Positions 50,160-63,830 are shown, counted from the first letter of the whole stretch. The stretch: 63,853 nt of DNA, filler included, from Octopus bimaculoides (GCF_001194135.2; 8 parts of 6 records of this genome joined end to end with filler, not necessarily neighbours in it); one strand, 5' to 3'. A program made the numbers and translations. The notes: a model not told the origin generated them from the letters alone.

Positions 50160-50560
50160 TTTACTCTTACTCTCTCTTTTACTTGTTTCAGTCATTTGAC
50201 TATGGCCATGCTGGAGCACCACCTTTAGTTGAGCAAGTCGACCCCAGGACTTATTCTTTGTAAGCCTGGTACTTATTTTATTGGTTACTTTTGCTGAACC
50301 GCTAAGTTACGGGGACGTAAACACACCAGCATTGGTTGTCAAGTGATGTTGAGGGACAAACACAGACACACAAACATAGACACATACTTATACATATATA
50401 TACATATATACCACAGGCTTCTTTCAGTTTCCGTCTACCAAATCCACTCACAAGGCTTTGGTCGGCCCAAGGCTATAGTAGAAGACACTTGCCCAAGGTG
50501 CCACGCAGTGGAACTGAATCCGGAACCATGCAGTTCGTAAGCAAGCTACTTACCACACAC
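50160..50560 (-). mobile_element. SINE family A, full length
   Basis: Complete head and tail; a further head fragment follows at ~50600-50690. Confidence 0.9.
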
Positions 50561-51462
50561 TAAATTTTATTCTGAAAGCATTAGTTGATCTCAGGATACA
50601 GCAGAGACATATGTCCATTATGCAATGCACTGGATTAAACTCAGAAACACTTGGTTGCAAAGCAAACTTCTTAACTACACAGCCATGCCTCCATGCATAA
50701 AGATAATCAACATTCATTTTCTTTTTTGAACCAATCAAGACTGAGATTTATCCACATTGTTGTAAGATCTTTTCATTATAACATTCTTAAGAATGTTTTG
50801 CATTAACTCAATATAATAACTATGGAATCTTTCTCTATTTATTTAATCTCTGTTGCATTTTTCTATCAACTCAAGAAAATAGGACAGAATTATCCATTTT
50901 TAGAATTTTTTTCTATTTAGACATCAGTAGCCAAGTAGAATCTCTGTATGATTCACACATAATTATCCAGCAGTTTGGTTATTATTCTATAATTAGGTTG
51001 TATAAAATTTGTCAGCTGTAGTTTTGGACTGAGGCATTATACATCCATCCCGTCAATGAAACAGTAATTTCATTTCATGTATGATCTAAAGATTCTAAAA
51101 CTTTTATTCTTTACAAAATTTATTTCTAGAATTCATTCATATTATACATTATATTACTGGTTTCTTGGTTTCCTAACATCTTTATATTAGAGAATGCATA
51201 GATTTCAGTCTCAAGTTTTTATTTTTAAAACTTGAAAGTAATCCTGTTCATAGTATTAAGAGATTAAATTAAAATATTTACTATTTTGCATTGGTGTAAA
51301 TGAGCTGCCTAATATTTTTATTTTGTTTTTATTATTATTGAAATTCCTGTATTTATACAGTACACACTTCTGCTTTTTTATGCATGAAGTGTTTACTCTG
51401 TTTGTTCATATTCATTATCATTTCTATAATTATACATTTTGAAGACAAATTTGAGCAGTTAG

Positions 51463-51682
51463 CCCTTTCGTTACTGTATTCATTTTGAGATGCTCTGTGT
51501 TTATTTCAATTACTTCAAATATAACAAAGAATTTAGTAAAATAACTTAGTTATTATTCAGTTAGTGTTAGGAACATAAATTGTAACTAAGGTTTGGTGGA
51601 AGATTTTAATTCAGAACTTATGAAAACAAGACATTTATACTCAGAGCCAGAGCCCATTTCAGCCGGGTTGGTAATGAAAGGG
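51463..51682. mobile_element. piggyBac-type MITE
   Basis: ttag|ccctttcgttac ... gtaatgaaaggg|TTAA; TIR starting CCCT, TTAA-type target. Confidence 0.75.
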
Positions 51683-52410
51683 TTAAGGAACTGTCATCTC
51701 TTCTACTGAGCTTAATTTCATACAAGTTAGTCAAAACTAACCTATAGATATTATCTCAGTTACAATTTTCAGTATAGATTTTGTTTTGCAATTTAATGTA
51801 AGAAACTGAGTCTAAAGCTCAAATTTTAGAGATTTTTTTTTCCTAGTTATAAGAACAAATTATAAAGCTTACCTTATTAATAGCTTTTATTATTAACATT
51901 GTCATCTTTGCCACTATCAGTACTCGTTTCATCATCATCAGTAACTTAACTTAATTATAGACTAAGTTAGTTTAAAACAAAATTGTATTATAGACTATGT
52001 GAAATTAAACTTCGTAGTATGAGAAACTATATGATAAGGTATGCAAATTGATATTTACTCATACCAGTCTTTCCAACTAAATAATTCATTTTTTCTAATT
52101 CTTAGCTGTTACAAATGATTTTCCTTTATAAGTAGATTACAGTATAAAATAAGATTTAGCTATGAACATAAAATACTTTTCTTGACCTAAAATTATATCT
52201 TTATCAGTTTAAATAAAATTTAATATATTGAAAGGTTTTCATTTTTGATCAAATATTAAATATTATAAAAGTGTATTCTATTCTCTTCCAGTGTATCAGT
52301 GTTTTGATTCTGTTGTCAAAAGGTTTTATTAGAAACTGAGTAACCTATTGTTACTAGGTAATTTTTACAGTAGAATGTCTTCATGTAAATTTTTTTTTAT
52401 TCCATGTTAG

Positions 52411-52484
52411 ACCATGCCTTCCCCAATGGATGCACCTCTCGATCAGGATGGATTTGTGCAATTAATCACAAAATATTTCATTGA
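52411..52484 (+). CDS. Candidate terminal exon D
   Basis: ttttttttattccatgttag acceptor; AC|CAT... gives (D)HAFPNGCTSRSGWICAINHKIFH*; AATAAA 52616-52621 followed by a T-rich tract. Confidence 0.3.
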
Positions 52485-53127
52485 GGATTTTTTTCTTTTT
52501 AAAATTATTTACATGCCTATTCAACCATTTCACATGACTTTATTCATTAAACTTACCAAAATTTCAGAACTTCTTATAACTTTCATCATTATATTGTTTT
52601 GTTTTCAGTTTGTTTAATAAAAATTCATCATAATGCTTTTTTTTTTTTTTTTTTTTTTTGATGATAATGCCAGCTTCCAAATCCTGTTTTCTAATTAGGT
52701 AAAAATGATCAAAATTTAAACCTCTGTAGCATTTTTCTTCTGAAACAAATAACAAAATCAGATTCAGCATGAAAAATTACATTAATATACCAAATTTGAA
52801 AATTTTCACTTGATTTTTAAAATTTCAAAATCTGTGGTGGCAACAGAAGACCTAAGAGAGGTAGATAGGCAATTATAAGATGTGACACATGCATATACAA
52901 ACACACACACACTCAGGTAATCATGAGTTGAAGACAGTGTCTTCTAAAGACATTCTGGAAGTTGGGTTATTTCTCACAGCAAATTATATTTTTTGATTAC
53001 TAATAATCTTGGGACACAGATTTTGAAAATCAAATCCCTTTTTCTCTAGGGTGCACTGCTTTGGAACCTTTCCATGATACACACACACATACTCATTTAT
53101 ATAGTAGACATGAGTGTGTGTGTGTGT

Positions 53128-53517
53128 GGAGGCACAATGGCCCAGTGGTTAGGGCAGCGGACTCGCGGTCATAGGATCGCGGTTTCGATTCCCAGACCTG
53201 GCGTTGTGAGTGTTTATTGAGTGAAAACACCTAAAGCTCCACGAGGCTCCGGCAGGGGATGGTGGCGAACCCTGCTGTACTCTTCCACCACAACTTTCTT
53301 TCACTCTTACTTCCTATTTCTGTTGTGCCTGTAATTCAAAGGGTCAGCCTTGTCACATTGTATCACGCTGAATATCCCCGAGAACTACGTTAAGGGTACA
53401 CATGTCTGTGGAGTGCTCAGCCACTTGCATGCATGCTAATTTCACGAGCAAGCTGTTCCGTTGATCGGATCAACTAGAACCCTCGACGTCGTAAGCGACG
53501 GAGTGCCAACACACACA
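53128..53517 (+). mobile_element. Young tRNA(Arg)-like SINE (family D; resembles the octopus OR-type SINEs) with 16-bp TSD
   Basis: Head tggcccagtggttagggcagcggactcgcggtc...ggtttcgattccc; TSD atgagtgtgtgtgtgt at 53110-53125 and 53518-53533; CpG-rich. Confidence 0.85.
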
Positions 53518-56500
53518 ATGAGTGTGTGTGTGTTTCTTTGTGATGGACAGAAGAAACATGGCATGTGAACAGCTGTTGTTAACTTACCAACCCCCTCTCT
53601 CCTTAAAGCTACGTATTCCTTACACCAACCTTCCTTTCCCTTCCTCAGCATTTTAAAAGTTACTTATGTGTATTGGTGCACACATGCATGTGTGTGTATG
53701 TATACATGTATCTGTATTTATATATTGATTTATTTATGTATGTATGTACACAGCATCTATCATAATATATTATGATGTATTTAGATTCTTTTACTTAACT
53801 CCTACCTTATCTCTCTTATTCAAGATCGATGCAACTCAGCCTGCACCTCACACTTTCCATATAACGACAGAATAAATAGCCAAACTATTGTCAAGAGTTT
53901 TACAAGTTGTAGGATTTAGTCAGCATAATGTTTTCTAATTCCTAAAATGCATGTTATACAGACTTGGAGTAAACTACTTTAACAATTATTGTTATTAGTG
54001 TTTGCCTATCAAAATTATCCTTTACTAAATATTTGGTCTTTTGGAAATTCAATTTTNNNNNNNNNNNNNNNNNNNNNNNNNNNNNNNNNNNNNNNNNNNN
54101 TTAATTAATTAANNNNNNNNNNNNNNNNNNNNNNNNNNNNNNNNNNNNNNNNNNNNATATATACATATACACATACATGTATATTTAGGAGGTGAACGAA
54201 AGTGCTTATAATAGCAGACGATTTAGAAGACTACCAAGTGGTATCTGATGGCACATAACACGGAAGTACGCTATTATATGGATAAAGACGTGATAGTTAA
54301 AAACTGACTTCAAATAAATTTTGTCAGTTAAATATTTTTGTGGAAAAAAATCCTGCAGTCTTTAGAAATTGTCTACGATTTCAGTCGTTTTAAATAGCAT
54401 TAAAAACTTTATAACCCTTTATAAGCCAGAAAAACTAGCGTTGTAATATTGCTATATTTCATGCAAAATACTGTAGAATAGTAAAACTTTTGGATTACAA
54501 AACATCTGCAACCGAGTTTTTAAAAAATCAAATGAAACATACATGCTAGAGGTTACCAAAGGATATATACAGATGAAATCTCTGGCACATCAAAGGTTGG
54601 TGATGCGAAGAAAAAAGTATACAAACTACTTTCTTTGCACGTGACGAAGAAAAAATGGGAGTAAACTACTGCGCAAATTAGCCGATATAGAGAAAGAAAA
54701 AAATATAATTATGACTTGTATTTGTGGAATGCGCCAATACTACATATACCGATGCAAAATATTAAAAAGGCAGCGGTATTCAATTGTCGGTGAGTGTGTT
54801 TATTTTGACAGGCATCACCTAATAATCTGAACGAACACAAATGTCAAATCCAGACGGCGTCATGCTCTAATAATGTTTCAACAGAAATGAAAGACAAAAG
54901 AATGCTGTTCATTATCATTCTAGAGTAAATTAGGTGTTTGAATGTAATGAAATGCAAGAGGAATAGCAATCGTAATATCCTTAAAAATCTCTCGTATTTT
55001 AAGACCAAAAATTATTCTTACCGAATAATTTTGTGGTTGTTGCTATGCTCCATTATATGATGAAAAAGAAAAACCTTGATATTTTAGTGATATCCATATC
55101 GATCAGCTGCAAATGTCTTCTTGATTTACACGTCATATTCTAAGCAGGGCAACTGAAGCTTTTACATACACTATTTTTTAGAATGATGTGAGTTCTTACA
55201 AGGAGTATGTGCCCGATGTTTACCAGAAATTCAGTTAAGTTTGAAAGACCACTTTCTTGAAATGTATAGTGCGAGTTTGTGTTTGTTAGTATGTCGCAGA
55301 GTAAAATAGCAACAAGACCACCTGCGGTAAACAAATTACCAGTGTATGTATAACAACAGAACATACACAGGTACTCCTTTTTTTCTCTATGAAACTTTAA
55401 ATGTTAAATTATTGTAGATAGGTATGTCGACCGCTCGTTGGTTTTAGCCAACACTTTTGAAAGTTAATAGAACCAGCGTAGGGGATAATATTGTAAATCA
55501 AACGATATCAGATTACTGAAAACGAGAGGGCAGCTACTTAAATCACGCACATACAAATATGGACATATTCATACATATTTACGTAAGAACGTTTGTAACG
55601 TGTGCAAAGAAATGTATGCAAATACATAATGCTAGGTAAAACTTTTGCAAGTATGTAATTTGTTTCAAATCAATAATACTCTCCCAAATCAAGAAAATCT
55701 TTAATAAACGTTTTTCTTAAACGAAAACAAAATATTATGACTATGTGCCAAACATAGAGTTGGATTCTCTTTAATATTCCACATCAACATACAGTTTCTG
55801 AATTATGAACAGATCGTGTAGTGATCCCTTTGAATAAATTTATTTGTTTCTTCAAATATTTTTTTCTGTAGAGCTTCTGTTATTTGTGTCTGTTTCATCG
55901 ACGCTATTATACATTACAAAACAGTGTCACAGCACTTCGTTGTGAGATTTCTATATTCAGTGAAATTGATGAGGTGCTTGCATTTCGTAATTGATTTTTA
56001 CTTTGTTGCCTGTTTAATGATTCATTGAAAACAAGAATTCAATCATCTCCAGAGTGAGGTCGCCTAGTTGAGTGAATTTTATGAAGACATATTGTTCCTT
56101 CAAAATATTTAATTAGACATGCGATGGCACTTCAGCTTAAAGACAGATATTATGAAGGCAAAGGTGCTTTTTATCGGCTGGCAGTGCGGTTCTGACACTG
56201 TCACTATTATATTTAATTAAGCATCCGTCAGTTTTCAATTGAAAACTACATTAAACACGGTCGAAAGACGGTTTCGTTCCTAATCATACACACATACACA
56301 TTAAAGACACATAAAGAATTACAGATTACAATGACATAGCGATACAAAATATGGAATAACATATACAAACTGTCGTCTCTAAAGAATACAAGCATGCATA
56401 TATATGTAGCAAATGTATGCACATATGTATATGTGTGTGTGTATGTGTGTGTATTTATATGATTATAAACCTTAACTAGAAGATGTGAAGAATATAAGAA

Positions 56501-56542
56501 TATTTGACGCAAGTCCTATGCAGTATTACCACAGCACAATAT

Positions 56543-56701
56543 ATAGGAGTGGGTGTGTTGTAAGTAGCTTGCTTGCCAACCACATAGTTCCGGGTTCAAT
56601 CCCACTGCGAGTCACATTGGACAAGTGTCTTTTACTCTAGCCTCGAGCTGACCAGAACCTTGTGAATTAATTCAGTAGACGAAAACTGAAAGAAGACCGT
56701 C

Positions 56702-56793
<92 letters not shown>

Positions 56794-57005
56794 GCGTTTG
56801 TCTGTGTTTGTCCCACACCATCGCTTGATAACCGGTGTTGGTGTGCTTACGCCCCCGCAATCTAGTGGTTCGGCAAAACACAGAGATAAAATAAGTACTA
56901 GGCTTACAAAGAATAAGCCCTGGGGTCCATGTGTTCGAATAAAGGCGGTAGTCCAGCAGGGCCGCAGTCAAATTTCTGAAACGAATGAAAGAATAAAAGA
57001 ATAAA
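56543..57005 (+). mobile_element. SINE family A, full length
   Basis: Head, (TA)(TG) middle, tail ending gaataaaagaataaa. Confidence 0.9.
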
Positions 57006-57070
57006 TATATATACATATGTATTATATATGTCTATATACATATATATATATATATATATACAGAGAGAGA

Positions 57071-57132
<62 letters not shown>

Positions 57133-57810
57133 CATAATGGTGTTGTCGTATGAGGTCAGGAGTGAAACATGTAAAAAAGCCACTTGTAAGTTTAGTCTAA
57201 CTATACCAATTCTCGAAGTATCGGATGGTATGAGATTACCCCATGAAATGTATGTGAATGAATAATGCGGTGCTCATACTTTAGTCGCGTTGAAAAGCAT
57301 TAGATTGGCAAGAGGTTTTGGATGTGCATTAAAAAATTGCTTTAATATTTGGAGAAATACTTATCATTGAATGTGTCTATTATAACTATAGTAGTAAGAA
57401 AGTTCTAGGTATTTTAGTTAGTAACACCTTTTAATGTAAACACAGCGAGAATTAAGTAATTAGAAAGTCAATATAATGTCCGAAGTAACTATAAAAACTG
57501 TTTCTCCTTTATCTTTTCTACTCTCCACATTCTGTAGTGGTTTGAACGTAGTTTATGAGTTCGAGCAATAGACGTGTAAAATGGAAGTTTGGCAGACGAA
57601 AGGCATCAATAAACTGCGAGGTATTTAAGAAAAAAATATAGTCGAAAGAAGTGGATATGTAGTCTTACTCGATGGATGTAATTTAAGTTGATTACTAAGA
57701 AATAATATTGCTAGCAACGTGATGTAAACTCATGATAACATCTAACTCACATATTGACACTAACACAGACATGCATATATATGCCTCGAATCACACGTAT
57801 AACACGTATA

Positions 57811-57866
<56 letters not shown>

Positions 57867-58182
57867 NNNNNNNNNNNNNNNNNNNNNNNNNNNNNNNNNN
57901 NNNNNNNNNNNNNNNNNNNNNNNNNNNNNNNNNNNNNNNNNNNNNNNNNNNNNNNNNNNNNNNNNNNNNNNNNNNNNNNNNNNNNNNNNNNNNNNNNNNN
58001 NNNNNNNNNNNNNNNNNNNNNNNNNNNNNNNNNNNNNNNNNNNNNNNNNNNNNNNNNNNNNNNNNNNNNNNNNNNNNNNNNNNNNNNNNNNNNNNNNNNN
58101 NNNNNNNNNNNNNNNNNNNNNNNNNNNNNNNNNNNNNNNNNNNNNNNNNNNNNNNNNNNNNNNNNNNNNNNNNNNNNNNNNC

Positions 58183-58470
58183 AAAGCCTTGTGAGTGGAT
58201 TTGGTAGACGGAAACTGAAAGAAGCCCGTCGTATATATGTATATATATATATATGTATGTATGTGTTTGTGTGTCTGTGTTTGTCCCCCCAACATCGCTT
58301 GACAACCGATGCTGGTGTGTTTATGTCCCCGTAACTTAGCGGTTCGGCAAAAGAGAACGATAGAATAAGTACTTGGCTTCTAAAGAATAAGTCCTGGGGT
58401 CGATTTGCTCGACTGGAGGCGGTGCTCCAGCATGGCCGCAGTTAAAAGACTGAAACAAGTAAAAGAGTAT
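58183..58470 (+). mobile_element. SINE family A, young, head lost in gap
   Basis: CpG-intact body aacatcgcttgacaaccgatgctgg...catggccgcag. Confidence 0.9.
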
Positions 58471-59142
58471 ATGTATATGTATATGTTTATATAAATAATA
58501 CAGAATAGGACAAGAACGCAGACATCAAGACAGTTAGGTGATAGAAGAAAGGGACAAAACATCCAAATAGACGATACAAAGAAAACACAGACAGGTTATT
58601 CGGAGTCTTCTCTCTTCAGTCGTGATCCAGATTATCCATGCAATTTCGGCTGGTTATTCTCGATATTGATCCAATCTAGCCAGATCCAAGGAAAATTTAA
58701 GCTAAGAGCATTAGATTCCTTGGAAGAAAGCAGCGAATGTATACAAAAACAAGGACGGAAAAAACGAACAATGTTACAAAAATACACCAGGAATAACAAC
58801 AGGACAAAACAACAGGTGTTTCGACTAAGGACGAATAAAATTAAGGTGGCATGTATGGATATATGTATATATATAACATATGTAACAAAAACGCAATACA
58901 GGACAATAAAACATTGGAACAGATAGACGACACATAGGCGGACAAGAGAAACAACAGTTCAGGAAGAAAGACGGGTCATACGTGGCCTTCGATATATATA
59001 TATATATATATGTGTGTGTATGTATATATATATATATATATANNNNNNNNNNNNNNNNNNNNNNNNNNNNNNNNNNNNNNNNNNNNTTAATTAATTAANN
59101 NNNNNNNNNNNNNNNNNNNNNNNNNNNNNNNNNNNNNNNNNN

Positions 59143-59187
<45 letters not shown>

Positions 59188-59447
59188 TGTATATGTGTAT
59201 ATACGTAGGCTGACGAGAGATAATTCTTCTGAATTGTGATTATTGGTTATGCCTCAGTTATGACTAACCTTGAGCATAAACAAGAACAAGAACAACAACA
59301 GCAGCAGCAGCAACAACAACGACAACAACAGCGGCAGCAGCAGCAACAACAACAACAACAAAAGCAAAGTGTTAAACCCTCAGTCTGTTGTCCCTCAATA
59401 AGCTGATAGTTTCAACCTCTCCTGTATAAGTTTGTGTTTTACTGAAT

Positions 59448-59973
59448 TATTGGGTTGTAAGATAAACTGGTTTCCTTCTGAATAAACACAAAAATGCACT
59501 GGAGAATTGGTCCAGCAGATGAAATACTTTCATGACACCGTCGCCCGTCGATCGTTATGAGTTCAACACGAACTGAACGAAAGAGACAATCACCATCCTC
59601 AATGTCGCTAATTTAACCAAAATTGCTAGTCTAGAGATCGGTTGAGAGTCTACCACACCCACTGTATCCTCATGATGTAGCACCTTCAGAATATCCCCAT
59701 TTCCACTCGCCCCCCAACAATCTGTGAGGTGTTTCGTTCAATAAAAGATGAGGAGCTGAAGACATGGCTTGATGAATTTTTCGCGTCTAGATCTGATGGT
59801 TTCTCCTGCCAAGGCATTGACAAGTTAGTGAATCATTCGCAAGAAATTGTGAACAGTGAAGGAGAATATATCAATCTGATATGTCAAAACTGTTAGGGGA
59901 AAATAATGACTAAAATAAAATAGAAGCAAAAAACAAAAACAAAAAATGAACGAATTTATCTCACAACATAATA
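59448..59973 (+). mobile_element. Internally deleted mariner with both TIRs
   Basis: TAttgggttgtaagataaactg vs reverse complement TAttatgttgtgagataaattc (17/22); interior LPHPLYPHDVAPSEY and EELKTWLDEFFASRSDGFSCQGIDKLV...NSEGEYI. Confidence 0.85.
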
Positions 59974-60305
59974 GTTTGTTGCATAACACGGAATATGTCA
60001 ACTCATTTGTCACGACCTTCCAACGCCAGGTGAGCATTACGGCTTGCCTTCGAAACGCGGAGCAGATGGGACTGGGACAACTGAAGAAGGGTTATACTCT
60101 TTATGTCGCATGTCTCGTTTCTCTGTTTGTTATTTTCGTTGTTCAAAAAATGTTCGTTTCCGGTTTTCGTCTTTATGCTTTCGTTTCTCATTGTGTTTAA
60201 CGTTTTTTGATGTCCTGTACCCATATATGCATGTATGTATACATATAGATGTAGGTATGTACATATATGTATGGATATATGCATATGTTTATATATTATT
60301 TATAT

Positions 60306-60357
<52 letters not shown>

Positions 60358-60938
60358 TACGTATATATATTCACACACTATGCTGGTGCACACGGCAGAG
60401 CAAGGGGAAAAGAATAAGATTGTTGGTAATATACTCTATCCATGATCGGTAAAAAGAAAAAAAATTAGCAATAGCATACTGAAATCAATGAAATGATTAT
60501 TATTGACAATTCAGAGTGGTACCTACCTTGTATATCATAAATGTACATATTGATAAACTTGAGCAGCCAAGGGCGAAACTCAGAGTAGACTGTCAATATA
60601 TGTATTTATTCTACCGTATGTTTTAAGTTTTATACTCGAGAAGAGGGCACCGAATTTTTAGGCCATCGACCCCTTCATGCAATCCTTGACCAATTATTGC
60701 CAGGAACGTACAAGAAAATAAATAATAGTAACAATAATGCAGTATATGCATATACATCTATATATATACATTTCTATATATACATATACATCTATACATA
60801 TAAATCTATAAATATATATCTATAAATATATATCTATATATATACACATGTATATACATACATATATATGTACACACACATATATATATATACACACATA
60901 TATACATGCAACACATATATACATAAATATATATATAA

Positions 60939-60981
<43 letters not shown>

Positions 60982-61000
60982 AATACAAATATATATACAT

Positions 61001-61032
<32 letters not shown>

Positions 61033-61414
61033 TCAATATTATACACACCCTTTTATCTCATTACGAAAAGTAAATCCTTAAATATATATATATATAGATA
61101 CATAAATATATATACACATATATATATCTATAAATATATATCTATATATATACACATGTATATACATACNNNNNNNNNNNNNNNNNNNNNNNNNNNNNNN
61201 NNNNNNNNNNNNNNNNNNNNNNNNNNNNNNNNNNNNNNNNNNNNNNNNNNNNNNNNNNNNNNNNNNNNNATGTATTTGTATCTATGTATGCATTAATGTA
61301 TGTTCATTGTTTCTTTTTTGTTGTCGTTAGAAGCTTGAGAGTTTCACAAGCAACCTTCCTGTTGCTCTTCTTTGAGCAGAAAAGCAGAATTAGGGTGGCT
61401 TTTACCAGTACCAG

Positions 61415-61960
61415 GAGCATACGGGATAGATGTTAGCCCAGGAAAGAGCAAGATCCTGTTTAATAGTAACAGCCAAAACACAAGAACCGATATCATGCTA
61501 AACTGATAGAGACCTAATGAAGAAGACACCTTCAAGTACCTAGGATCCACTTTGACCAAGGACAGCAGATCTCAAAAGGAGATAACAAGACTCGGTTTAG
61601 CCTCTACTGTCGTGACGAAGCTGAATAACATATGGAAAAGCAATTCCATTAGCTTTTCCAACAAGACCCTGGTGACTTCGATCTTTCTGTATGGGTGTGA
61701 GAGCTGGACTATTACAGCTGACATGGAGTGAAGAATTCAGGAATTTGAGAACAGGTGCTTCAGAAGCTGTCATTCATCCTGTACACAGAGCACAAAGCTA
61801 GCAGAGCACAAACCGAACAGATACGCTGGTAGGTATGAATCACTCCTTGTGCAGGTAAAAAGACGAAAGCTCGCCTGGTCGGTCATATATCCCGCTACAA
61901 CTCCTTGTCCAAGCCCATTCTTCAAGTCACAGATGAGGGAAGGTAAAAGAGAAGCAGACA
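61415..61960 (+). mobile_element. RTE-clade LINE fragment (RT thumb and C-terminus)
   Basis: YGIDVSPGKSKIL, FKYLGSTLT, IFLYGCESWTIT, RIQEFENRCFR, VKRRKLAW. Confidence 0.85.
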
Positions 61961-62195
61961 GAGTTTTATTCACCCTTTGTGTTCTCATTCCACTTAGTGC
62001 ATCAACCGCCTCGTATTTTCTCCGAGTCTTCCCATAGACCAGCAGCCTGGGTTTTAAATAGGACTAACCATGAGCACCGAGTCTGAAAGGTTGCTTGCAG
62101 ACGCAAAGCACGTTATTTGAAAAAATCGAATTATCGTATTTCCACGGAGTGAAACTATTAGTAGCACTTCCATAAATACTGTGCATAATAAACGG

Positions 62196-62320
<125 letters not shown>

Positions 62321-62394
62321 CTGTCGAGTCTATCGTGAATATTGTTCCTATCTATTTATCAGCCGAGTCTATCGTGAATATTGTTCCGCCACCT

Positions 62395-62690
62395 TCCTTT
62401 AAACGGGAAGGAAAACGGTTTTTGTAACACTGATAGCTACGGCAAAAGAATGCGTGTGGTGGACGCGTTTGAAAGGTCTACAAACAAACACTTTCCTCTC
62501 TGGTCAATCCCTCGTCAACTTTTTCAAGTACCACTTGAAAAGGAGGATGAGGATAGAGAGGAAGGTGTTGTCGAATGAAAGTTTCAATAAAAAATGGGTA
62601 AATGTGGCAAGAATGGTAAGAATGAAAGACGACACCATTTTAAGCATAGACTTGTAACAAAAAGAGACAAAAAGAGAGAAGGTACTTACT
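62395..62690 (+). mobile_element. 3' end of the same Tx1/L1-like family as 13570-14265
   Basis: WWTRLKGLQTNTFLSGQSLVNFFKYHLKRRMRIERKVLS...WVNVARM; ends gagagaaggtactt like the 13.6 kb copy (gagagggtactt). Confidence 0.75.
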
Positions 62691-62894
62691 NNNNNNNNNN
62701 NNNNNNNNNNNNNNNNNNNNNNNNNNNNNNNNNNTTAATTAATTAANNNNNNNNNNNNNNNNNNNNNNNNNNNNNNNNNNNNNNNNNNNNTATATATATA
62801 TATATATATATATATATTAAGTTTCAGTCCAAAGACTGTGGTCATATGTTTGTATGCATGTAAGTATGTATTATATAAGTATGTATGTATGTGT

Positions 62895-63130
62895 ATACCT
62901 ATGTGTATGCGTCTTTGTGTCTATGTTTGTCCCCCACCACTGCTTGACAACCGGAGCTGGTGCGTTTACGTCCACATAACTTAGCGGTTCGGCAAAAGAG
63001 AACGATAGGATGAGTACCAAACTTCAAAAAGAAAATAAGTACTTGGGTCCATACATTCAACTAAAAATTCCTCAAGGCGGTGCCCCAGTATGGCCGCGGT
63101 CTAATGACTGAAACAAGTATAAGATGAAAG
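62895..63130 (+). mobile_element. SINE family A 3' half
   Basis: cttgacaaccggagctgg...aacttagcggttcggcaaaagag...tggccgcggtctaatgactgaaac. Confidence 0.85.
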
Positions 63131-63698
63131 ATCTAAGTATATGTACTCGGTTTATTAATGACAGTATACTTGGAACCGTATGAAATGCATTATTAAAAAG
63201 GTTTATATGAGGTTATATGCTGTCCACATACAGACCCGTCGAACCATTTGTCAAATCTTCTATATCTACTCTGAAATATTTCGTAATTTAATTATACGTA
63301 CAAGTAAGTATCCTAATATTTTAATGTTGTCTAATAAAACGTGTGTGCTTGCATAAAGTGGTTAAAATTACATATCCATTTAATTATTCGAGAGCCTTTT
63401 TTTATGATGTAAAACTGTCCTGTCATTTTACTCAGGTACGAATATTTGTTTAAGATAAAGCGTTTGTACACATGACGTATTGACGTGTATAAAGCAAGGT
63501 GTTTATATGGCAATATATGTAAGTTTTAATATGATATTCAATTCACTATATTTAACTACAAGCGTACCTATTCTGTGCAGCGGCAGACGTGAAGTAATTA
63601 AATTCGAAGTTTGTATTAGTCGTTTGTTATATGTGTGTGCGGTATGTGTGTGTGTTAATATGTATACGAACATGTATGCATGAAACAAATTTATACAT

Positions 63699-63754
<56 letters not shown>

Positions 63755-63757
<3 letters not shown>

Positions 63758-63830
63758 CGATGGGCTTCTTTCAGTTTCCGTCTGCCAAATCCACTCACAA
63801 GGTGCCAGGCGGTGGGACTGAACCTGGAAC
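63755..63830 (-). mobile_element. SINE family A head fragment
   Basis: gggcttctttcagtttccgtctgccaaatccactcacaagg...gggactgaacc. Confidence 0.75.

Noticed and set aside
53128-53205. tRNA gene
   Set aside because: The tRNA-like head continues into SINE body and TSD with no proper acceptor stem; the other tRNA-like heads are also SINEs.
59275-59365. Poly-Q-like (CAA/CAG)n coding repeat
   Set aside because: In-frame stops lie close upstream and there is no enclosing ORF or splice sites.
61085-61149. Repeat of the 60800-60865 low-complexity block
   Set aside because: It is adjacent to a gap and most likely an assembly overlap.
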